Assembly: GCA_963662465.1 (NCBI GenBank)
Contig: OY759599.1
Coordinates: 6,253,292-6,285,291 of the forward strand
From: Desulfatiglandales bacterium
GTDB taxonomy: Bacteria > Desulfobacterota > DSM-4660 > Desulfatiglandales > Desulfatiglandaceae
Length of the DNA stretch: 32,000 nt
Direction of reading: 5' to 3'
The notes below the pieces were generated by a model. That model did no database searches, was not told the origin of the DNA, and worked only from the letters and a program-made list of their open reading frames with translations. The position numbers were made by a program, and so were the translations under genes. Below, piece after piece: positions 1-6,947 of the stretch. Each line of letters starts with the position of its first letter. Within the stretch, counting starts at the first letter, position 1.

Positions 1-243
1 TGCCACAGCATCCAATTCTATTCCGGAAAGTTCCCTATCCAAGGGAGGCAGGGAGGGCAATACCACATGAATTACCTTCTCTGTGTTTTCCAGGAATCTT
101 ATTTCCACGCCTTCGGGAACGTCAATGCCCGCTTCCTTGAGCACGCCGGCGCTGTCCGTCAGAAGCTTTTCTTTAAATGCTTTGTCGGACCAGGCTTTTT
201 CCACCAGTCTGCCGAACGCTTTTGACGCTTCTTTTTTTTTCAT
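1..243 (-). CDS. NHLP (nitrile hydratase-like leader peptide) family RiPP precursor, 3' end beyond window
   Basis: Reverse complement reads ATG at 243..241 preceded by AAAAGGAG; open for 81 codons to position 1: MKKKEASKAFGRLVEKAWSDKAFKEKLLTDSAGVLKEAGIDVPEGVEIRFLENTEKVIHVVLPSLPPLDRELSGIELDAVA. Typical NHLP features (AWsDkaFkekLLtDpagvLkeaGidVPegveirvvENTekviHvVLP...LsdieLdaVA), reaching the window edge where the GG cleavage site would be expected. Confidence 0.88.
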   Translation of the reverse strand, partial: MKKKEASKAFGRLVEKAWSDKAFKEKLLTDSAGVLKEAGIDVPEGVEIRFLENTEKVIHVVLPSLPPLDRELSGIELDAVA

Positions 244-281
244 AGCGTTTCTCCTTTTATGATTGGTGTGAAGGGTTTACT

Positions 282-1775
282 TCATGGGCTTGTGCCCGGT
301 CCGTAAAACTTTCTTTGATTTTCCTGTAAAAAAGCAATGTCCGGCGCCTCGAGCCGGTGAAAGATGCAGACGGCCTTTTCAATGGCATATTTAACCCGGT
401 CGCAATAATCGTCCACGGGATGGAAAAGATCGCCGTTGGCCGCGCGGTTCACGTAGATACAGCCGCCGCCGCAGAAATGGGCGGCCCAGCATCGGGCGCA
501 TTTTTCCAATCGCGTGACCATGGCCCTGAGATACGGTTTCCTGTCCGCCACTGTTTCAAACACGCTCCCCATTTTCATTCCGGGGTCTCCGGTGAACAGC
601 GGACAGGGGAAAAGGTCTCCAGTAACCGACACCCCCAGATACCCTCTGCCGGCGCCGCATCCATACAGGCGTTTTTGTTTTGACATCAAAGCGTAAACAT
701 ATGTTAGCAGCATTTTGGAACCGTGCTTGGGGACGCTTCGGTCCCTGATGGCCTCTAAGGTGATATCGGCTTCATGATCCAGAAAGTCAGAAATGTGCTG
801 CCTCTCTTTCGCTCCTTGGTTTTGCGGCGCCCAGTTGCCGTAAAGGGATGGCATAGCTGGGGTCAGGGTATAGGATGTAAAACCCGTCGACACAATGGCC
901 TCTTTTATTTGGGGTAGGTCTTTCGCCCTTTTGATGGTCGCCCTGCAGCGGGCCCCGGGGATTTTTGCCAGCAGTTTTTCAACATTTTTCGCAACCGTTT
1001 TATAGGACCCGCGGCCGTTCTTAAAGGGCCGGTTTTCATTCTGGATATGCTCCGGACCGTCAAAACTGACCAGGGGGGTAATGCCATGGGCCTTTAAAAA
1101 TGCGATCTTTTCTTCGTCCAGCAATGTGGCATTGGTAGTCATTCCGTATTTCACCTTTTTTCCCAAGGCCTTTCCCTTTTTGTCGGCATGGGCCACCACA
1201 TGCCGGATCAACGGAAAATTCATCAGGGGTTCGCCGCCGCCAAAGAGGATACCCACCGACTTTTTTTGGCCGGATTGTGCCATGAGCCAGTCGACGGCCC
1301 GTGTCGCGGTCGCCTCGTCCATTTTCCCTTCACTGCCGCATTCCCCGGTGTTTCCGTAGCAGTAAACACAGCTGAGGTTGCACTGCCGGGTGACATTCAT
1401 GGTCAGGGTGACCACGGGTTCCCCGGTGAGTATTTTAATGAGATCATTCATCCCGGGGCTCTTTTCCCCGGGCGGATGGGATAAGGCATCTTCCTTCGGG
1501 GCGCCGTCAACCAGGCCCATGTTCTCTAGTTTTTCCATGACGGAGGAAGGGACCGGCATGCCTTTATTGAAGCGGATTCGATCCAATGTATCGGCCATCC
1601 GGTCGTCAATGATCGCACTGGTCATGGCAATTGCGTTCAAAAGATATGAAGTGCCTTCATGTCGGAACAGGTGAAAGGGCGTAAGGGAAACGTTACAAAA
1701 GTACGTTTTTCCGTTGCAATGTATTTCAATATGTTGTGGCAGCATGGGTTGCGGCTCCGTTGACTCCACGCACAA
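282..1775 (-). CDS. Radical SAM/SPASM domain peptide maturase
   Basis: CxxxCxxC motif CNLSCVYC; GGGEP; C-terminal SPASM pattern CX12GX4C (CGAGRGYLGVSVTGDLFPC), CX2CX5CX3C (CARCWAAHFCGGGC), then a final C (YCD). Lies 38 bp upstream of the NHLP precursor on the same strand. Confidence 0.92.
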   Translation of the reverse strand: MCVESTEPQPMLPQHIEIHCNGKTYFCNVSLTPFHLFRHEGTSYLLNAIAMTSAIIDDRMADTLDRIRFNKGMPVPSSVMEKLENMGLVDGAPKEDALSHPPGEKSPGMNDLIKILTGEPVVTLTMNVTRQCNLSCVYCYGNTGECGSEGKMDEATATRAVDWLMAQSGQKKSVGILFGGGEPLMNFPLIRHVVAHADKKGKALGKKVKYGMTTNATLLDEEKIAFLKAHGITPLVSFDGPEHIQNENRPFKNGRGSYKTVAKNVEKLLAKIPGARCRATIKRAKDLPQIKEAIVSTGFTSYTLTPAMPSLYGNWAPQNQGAKERQHISDFLDHEADITLEAIRDRSVPKHGSKMLLTYVYALMSKQKRLYGCGAGRGYLGVSVTGDLFPCPLFTGDPGMKMGSVFETVADRKPYLRAMVTRLEKCARCWAAHFCGGGCIYVNRAANGDLFHPVDDYCDRVKYAIEKAVCIFHRLEAPDIAFLQENQRKFYGPGTSP

Positions 1776-2758
1776 GACCGAAAGCCCTCGCGATGGGCTT
1801 TGGTCGCTTTATGACTTGACCGGAATGGCAAACCGATGCTTATGGGAGCCTTCGTGCTGTCGTTCACCCAGACAACGGCGTCCCAGGTAGCCTTCCGGGG
1901 TTTTTGTGATCTCAGTGTGAGCGGTGAATTTATAGGTTCCGTCACCTTTTTCATCGACGCTGTAGGTCTCGGGGTATCCGTCAGTATTAGCAGAAGGCCG
2001 AAGACAGGCTTTCCTCAGAATCGTCTTTGGTTTTCATCGGAGGATCGGTTTGGCTTCCGGTTTAAATCTGAAACCCGCGATCAAGTTTTTGAAGACGCAG
2101 GCAGGACTTCAGCGGAGAAAGTGAGTTTGCGACAGACTAACAATGTCCACCAGGAGGGGCAAATGATAATTTGAGGATTTTAAGCATCTGAAAACTCCTA
2201 AATAGAGATTAAGATTTTATTAAAAAAACGAACAATTTTTAATAGAGCAAAATAAAACACACCGTGTCAAGGAAAAAAGGGTCTTCACGAGGGTTCAACG
2301 GTCCATGGGTATAGGTTGAAAAGCTCTTATATCCTTTTTTACAATAAAAGGGAAAATCCGTGCATAGCCAGCAATTCTAATTTTGACCTGAAACAAATTT
2401 TCGAGATTGGTCCTAACTTCGCCCACTCGCACCTCGCGACTGAATTGGCAAGCCTCTGATGCAGCGCAGATTGCAGGACTGGGTGAGAAAAAAAGCGGCA
2501 TTGACAATGGGGACGGGATCCTTTCGAGGGACTCTTTTCTAATGGAAAATTGGCATAAAAATAAAATCAGCCGGCAATTAAGATTTGAGTATTCAAAAAT
2601 AAATGGTATGTTTTTATTTGAGCAGTGGGTAAAACAGGTTCCAGTTCAGGTGGAACATTGATCGCCATTTCAAAACGCTTCATGCGGTGGAAGTGAGACC
2701 TGTGGTTCTTCTTAAGAATCGCCGGTGAAAAACGGGATTGTGAAACGAGGATTAACAC

Positions 2759-3301
2759 ATGAGAAAAGTGCTCTACATTCTGGGTGGATTGGACGACAAC
2801 GACGTGGAGTGGTTGATCGCAAGAGGAGAGCGACGGCGGTTGCCTTCAGGCGAGGTGCTCATTTCCGAGGGGGATATGATTGAGGCCCTTTATATTTTGC
2901 TGGAGGGGGAGTTGGCGGCTTCGGTAAAAACCCATGAGGGTGCCCGTGAGTTGGGCCGCATGGCGGTGGGCGACATGGTGGGGGAGATTTCCTTGGTGGA
3001 CGACCGGCCCGCATCCGCAACCGTCACCGTGGTGCGGGACGCGTATGTATTGGCTATCCCCCGCTCGGCGCTGCTGCAAAAACTGGAAATCGAAGTGGGG
3101 TTCGCGGCAAGGTTCTATCACGCTGTGGCCCAGTTGCTCTCCTACCGCCTGCGGGATAACACGGCTCTGATCGCAGGCGAAGGCGGGCCGCCGGTCCCCG
3201 AGCTGGAGAAGGACGAGGACCTTCTCGGCCTGGATGTGTTGGACAATGTGCATATGGCGGGTCAGCGTTTTTCCCGCATCATGCGGCGGTTGGCCGGTTA
3301 G
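2759..3301 (+). CDS. Cyclic nucleotide-binding domain (Crp-like cNMP domain) protein, 180 aa
   Basis: cNMP-fold sequence LPSGEVLISEGDMIEALYILLEGELAASV...LGRMAVGDMVGEISLVDDRPASATVTVVRDAYVLAIPRSAL; no HTH evident at the C-terminus. Confidence 0.85.
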   Translation: MRKVLYILGGLDDNDVEWLIARGERRRLPSGEVLISEGDMIEALYILLEGELAASVKTHEGARELGRMAVGDMVGEISLVDDRPASATVTVVRDAYVLAIPRSALLQKLEIEVGFAARFYHAVAQLLSYRLRDNTALIAGEGGPPVPELEKDEDLLGLDVLDNVHMAGQRFSRIMRRLAG

Positions 3302-3339
3302 GTCAGAGAAGATTGCTATCAAATGCGGATGAAAAATCT

Positions 3340-3494
3340 GGTTCATCGCGGATTAACGTGAAATCGCGCTTTGAGATTGTTTCGGTTCGGGCTGTAGGTG
3401 CGACTTCAGTCGCACAGGGTCGGCTTAATGTGCGACTGAAGTCGCACCTACAATCGGCTCAGAAGCCAAATCTCACGCGAATCCACGATGAGCC
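3340..3494. repeat. Small inverted-repeat-bounded element containing a nested hairpin
   Basis: Ends ggttcatcgcggattaacgtgaa / ctcacgcgaatccacgatgagcc (imperfect inverted repeat, 18/23). Interior perfect 22-nt inverted repeat 3394-3415 / 3430-3451. Confidence 0.6.
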
Positions 3495-3507
3495 ATCTTG
3501 GCTCAAT

Positions 3508-3671
3508 GCGGATTAACGTGAAAAAATGTTTCGCCACCAAGAAAAACCTCAGTGCATTCGTCATAAAGAGTCGTATGTATTCGGAACCCGACGATCCCAT
3601 GGTTATTTTTCCCACGTGGTAGGTCAGGGTGCGGCGCGTCCCGTTTTTTCCTCTGACCCTGTGGTTGAAAC
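3508..3671. mobile_element. Truncated copy of the ~430-bp TIR element (left end only)
   Basis: gcggattaacgtgaaaaaatgtttcgccacca... is near-identical to the left parts of 15858-16286 and 24137-24568; breaks into Rpn coding sequence at gttgaaa. Confidence 0.65.
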
Positions 3672-4098
3672 CAAGGGAGACAACGAGCAGCGATATCGGT
3701 GGAAGCTGATCCTCATTAAAAGACTCTACCGCCAGGGATACGCTAAAGCAGATGTGATCAGGCTGTTTGCATTTATAGATTGGGTCATGTCCCTGCCCGC
3801 GGATATGGAAAAAGGCCTTTGGACGGAAATCCAAAAGTTCGAGGAGGAAACGAAAATGGAATATGTTACCAGCGTGGAAAGAATCGGTATAGAGAAAGGC
3901 ATGGAGAAAGGCAGCCTGAATCTTCTGTGCCGTCTCATTGCGAAGCGGTTTAAAACCGGTTCCGAATCGCTTCCGCCGATCTTCACGGGTTTGCGTGCGG
4001 AAGATATCGAAGATCTTGGAGAGCGTTTCCTGGATGCCGAGAGCGTGGATGAGATTCGTCGATGGGCGGAAGAGAAACGCAGGGCGAGGATGCAGTAG
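3526..4098 (+). CDS. Chimeric ORF: ~45 aa derived from the TIR element fused to an Rpn family C-terminal part (copy A)
   Basis: From VETKGDNEQRYRWKLILIKRLYRQGYAKADVIRLFAFIDW... it matches the C-terminal portion of ORF 11365..12363; the N-terminal 45 aa match the element instead. Internal SD GAGGAGG + ATG at 3856. Confidence 0.6.
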   Translation: MFRHQEKPQCIRHKESYVFGTRRSHGYFSHVVGQGAARPVFSSDPVVETKGDNEQRYRWKLILIKRLYRQGYAKADVIRLFAFIDWVMSLPADMEKGLWTEIQKFEEETKMEYVTSVERIGIEKGMEKGSLNLLCRLIAKRFKTGSESLPPIFTGLRAEDIEDLGERFLDAESVDEIRRWAEEKRRARMQ

Positions 4099-4424
4099 AG
4101 CAGGGACTCAGCCCATGGATATCTGGGTGGCGCTTTATAAAAAACATCAACGGACGCGGAGCGTCCACCCGGTTGTAATCCTTATCCCGTTCATCCTGTA
4201 TATCCATGTTCATTTTTCCATTGGTTCAAGAAATGGTATGCGTTCACGGGTTCATCGCTTCCTTCGGGATACCATTGTGTCGGAGCTGAAGGTGGAAGGT
4301 TCGTAGTGTGCCCGTAAGGCATGGAGTGGACATGCAACCAAACGTCTCACGGCGTCACTACGAACGTCGCAACAGAGCGCATTAACCCCCGGAAAATCCA
4401 CTTTCGCTGCCGAATAACCTTAGA

Positions 4425-4596
4425 GCCTGTTTAAAAATTATCCCTGCTGCGGTCGGCTGCGGCTTCCGATGGCTGCGTCAGCGACAAAAATGGGTCTTCA
4501 GCGTAGCTCGACTACGCTTTCAGCCCCATTTTTATCGCTTCCTTGCCCTCGAAAACCTCGCTCAACCTCGCGACGGGATAATTTTTAAACAGGCTT
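4425..4596. mobile_element. MITE-like element (172 bp) with ~5-bp target duplication
   Basis: Perfect 21-bp inverted repeats AGCCTGTTTAAAAATTATCCC (4424-4444) / GGGATAATTTTTAAACAGGCT (4575-4595), flanked by TTAGA (4420-4424 and 4597-4601). The duplicated locus near 17240 reads ...aataaccttagaaacatgg... with no element. Confidence 0.85.
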
Positions 4597-4623
4597 TTAG
4601 AACCGTGGACACTGAACCCGTGA

Positions 4624-4947
4624 ATGGTTACAGAAAAAGATAGAGCAAGATATTATGGTACTTCTAAAAAAAGAAACTGCCCCGAATGCGGAGGAGAAAT
4701 GCATTCCCGGCTTATCAATCTTCTATATAAAAAAGAGAAGTGCGAAATTCAGGTTGATGTGATCGGAATACCAGCCAATGTTTGTACGAAATGTTTTTAC
4801 AGAATTATTCCGGGCAAAATCGCAAAATATATTGATTCCCTGGTTGATCCGATATTTGAATCTGAAATCGGGCAGCAGGAAAAAATACTTCCTGCTCCAC
4901 ATGTAGGTATTTGGTTTCTGCCGGCAGAAAGAGAATTTTATTGCTAA
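4624..4947 (+). CDS. YgiT-type zinc-finger (MqsA N-terminal-like) protein
   Basis: CPECGGEM...GIPANVCTKCFYR two-CxxC zinc finger arrangement typical of YgiT-type proteins. Confidence 0.65.
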   Translation: MVTEKDRARYYGTSKKRNCPECGGEMHSRLINLLYKKEKCEIQVDVIGIPANVCTKCFYRIIPGKIAKYIDSLVDPIFESEIGQQEKILPAPHVGIWFLPAEREFYC

Positions 4948-4973
4948 TTTTCAATACCTCTGGCTATTCGTGT

Positions 4974-5252
4974 AATTCGAGTGTGGTTTTTGGCGCTCGA
5001 AGACATTCCTCTGCCAGGGTGCAGTACTCCCGGGAGCTTCCTTGGCATGCCGATCTTTCGGAATACAGTGATGAAGAGATTAAAGGCGCTGTTGTTTTGA
5101 GAGTTGTCTTTCTCCTTTTGAAGCATATTTTTTCAAGCGATCTTCCGGAAAAATTCCCTGGGATTTTGGGTCTGTTAAAAGACCTTCTGAATAAACGAAA
5201 CGGTCTTGAATATCTTGAGACGGTGTTGCGATATGTTAGCTTCAGGGAGTGA
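4974..5252 (+). pseudogene. Rpn family 3, decayed N-terminal/middle region (copy 1)
   Basis: Contains SDEEIKGAVVLRVVFLLLKHIFSSDLPEKFPGILGLLKDLLNKRNGLEYLETVLRYVS, typical of Rpn/YhgA-like proteins; frame lost by an extra T (gttagcTtcaggg) near 5241. Confidence 0.6.
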
Positions 5253-5320
5253 TCAAATAGGCAGTGTCGAGATTGAGGAGAGCGTTAGACAGGTTTTTTG
5301 AAGGTCAGGGAGGAGATATT

Positions 5321-5578
5321 ATGCCAACAGCATCTGAACAATGGATCGAGCAGGGAATTGAGCAGGGAATTGAGCAGGGAATGCAGAAGGGGGCTATGAA
5401 ACTTTTGTCCCGTCAAATTGTGAGGCGTTTTCAGGTCAGCTCTGATTCTGTTCATCCGATCTTTGCCGGCTTAACCACAGAGCAACTTGAAGAATTGGGG
5501 GAGAGGTTTCTTGAAGCTGAAAGTTTGGATGAAATTCAGGCTTGGGCAGAGGAAAAACGGTTGACAAAAGCGCAATAA
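5321..5578 (+). CDS. Rpn family 3 C-terminal module (RpnS-like), 85 aa
   Basis: GGGAGGAG (5308-5315) then ATG at 5321: MPTASEQWIEQGIEQGIEQGMQKGAMKLLSRQIVRRFQVSSDSVHPIFAGLTTEQLEELGERFLEAESLDEIQAWAEEKRLTKAQ; DUF4351-like C-terminus. Confidence 0.65.
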   Translation: MPTASEQWIEQGIEQGIEQGMQKGAMKLLSRQIVRRFQVSSDSVHPIFAGLTTEQLEELGERFLEAESLDEIQAWAEEKRLTKAQ

Positions 5579-5586
5579 ATTGCCCT

Positions 5587-5612
5587 CGTTCCTACGCTCC
5601 GGCGTAGGAACC
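5587..5612. repeat. Dispersed hairpin repeat GTTCCTACGC-TCCG-GCGTAGGAAC
   Basis: 10-bp inverted repeat; same family as the hairpins abutting both group II introns. This is the intron-free paralogous site. Confidence 0.75.
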
Positions 5613-5827
5613 CATACCGGGCGGCGTTGACACGCCAGGGCTGAACCCGCCTCCCATGACTTTTTGAAACATGATGTGAAAGTCTTTTTCATACCTTGAA
5701 AACCAACACCAGCTCCAAGCTCCGAGATCCAAATACGTTGCATATTTGTCTGTCAGGTTTTTCCTCAAACGGCTCACGACCAATTATTGGAACTGCAAAG
5801 GGTCTGGTTTCTGGTGGGGTGGGGGGG

Positions 5828-6018
5828 GGATGCTTGAGGCAATCCAGCGATTCATCGATACCAATTCCCTCGACGCGGTATTTGATGTTCCGGCCTCGAT
5901 TATTGAAACATACAAAGACGATTTTGCGAAATATGTAACCCAGTCCGATTTGCTCCGTTTTCATAAGGTGTTTAACTATGTCCCCATGGCCGCCGGCGGT
6001 GAAAAAACTAGACCTTAG
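5828..6018 (+). pseudogene. AAA-ATPase/DUF4143 protein remnant
   Basis: GGMLEAIQRFIDTNSLDAVFDVPASIIETYKDDFAKY resembles the DUF4143-family segment; starts directly after a G-rich tract. Confidence 0.5.
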
Positions 6019-6186
6019 CAGATAGATTCCGTGTTGTGTCTGGAACTTTTGTTTAGTACAGACACACGGATTGATTGACAGAGCCCGTCAAATTGTTCAG
6101 AATAAAGTCAAAATTCATTGATAGGTGGCGCAGACTTTACTGGGTTTCCATTTTGATGCTCATAGAAGAGAAACGGGAGATACGCC

Positions 6187-6678
6187 ATGTCAGAGATTGA
6201 CAAATGGGATGAAGTGTTTGAACAACGCCTGACCGGCTTCTTAAAGGAGCATTTGGCCGAGCTCTTGACCAGCGAAGGCCTGAGTCGGCCTGCCAAGGTT
6301 TACGAGATAGAACTTCGGGAGCGGCTTGTGAGGGTGGAAGAGGCGATTAAACACCAGAGCGAGCTGATCCAAAAGACCCTCGACTTCATGGATGTGCGGT
6401 TCGGCGCCGTGGACAAGCGGTTTGAGGCGGTGGACAAGCGGTTCGAGGCGGTGGACAAGCGGTTCGAGGAATTGAGAGAGGATATGAATACACGGTTCGA
6501 GGCCGTGGATAAGCGGTTTGAAGAGCTGAGAGAGGATATGAATACACGGTTCGAGGCCGTGGATAAGCGGTTTGAGGCCGTGGATAGGCGCTTCAACTCG
6601 TTGCAGTGGCTGATAGGGGGAGGGTTTACCTTCCTGACCGTCGTTATCGTCCTTATGAAATTCCTCGTCGGCCCTTGA
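6187..6678 (+). CDS. Coiled-coil protein with heptad tandem repeats and C-terminal TM segment
   Basis: Repeated RFEAVDK(R) and EELREDMNT units (6400-6597, 21- and 33-nt units), then a hydrophobic C-terminus LIGGGFTFLTVVIVLMKFLVG. Confidence 0.7.
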   Translation: MSEIDKWDEVFEQRLTGFLKEHLAELLTSEGLSRPAKVYEIELRERLVRVEEAIKHQSELIQKTLDFMDVRFGAVDKRFEAVDKRFEAVDKRFEELREDMNTRFEAVDKRFEELREDMNTRFEAVDKRFEAVDRRFNSLQWLIGGGFTFLTVVIVLMKFLVGP

Positions 6679-6821
6679 GTTGCCGCTACGCCATGAATTT
6701 GTACCTTCCTTGAACTGCGCGGGACGTTCATAAGAAACTAAGAAACTCGCCAGGCGTACATTGATTTCCCGCTCGCCGAGGCCGCGTATCGGTTGTTATT
6801 CGAAAATTATTGCAAAGCGGC

Positions 6822-6868
6822 TGATTACGACAGTCCGTGGAAAAACGCTTCGGAATGTTATTTCCTCT
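6822..6868 (+). pseudogene. 5' fragment of Rpn family 1 (copy B), interrupted
   Basis: ctgattacgacagtccgtggaaaaacgct matches the start of the intact copies (ADYDSPWKNALECYF), then switches to hairpin repeats and the intron. Confidence 0.6.
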
Positions 6869-6869
6869 C

Positions 6870-6947
6870 GTTCCCACGCTCCAGCGTGGGAATGCACTGT
6901 GGACGCTCAGCGCCGTTCGCACCGTTCCCACGCAGAGCGTGGGAACG
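6870..6947. repeat. Two dispersed hairpin repeats (GTTCCCACGC..GCGTGGGAAT / GTTCCCACGC..GCGTGGGAAC)
   Basis: Read directly; the second hairpin ends 1 nt before the intron 5' end. Confidence 0.8.

Noticed and set aside
1836-2174. 112-aa plus ORF between the maturase and cNMP gene
   Set aside because: No recognisable domain, no convincing RBS; the 1780-2750 interval seems non-coding or degraded.
6300-6731. 143-aa minus-strand ORF opposite the coiled-coil gene
   Set aside because: Ser/Thr-rich shadow of tandem repeats; the plus-strand frame has heptads and a TM segment.
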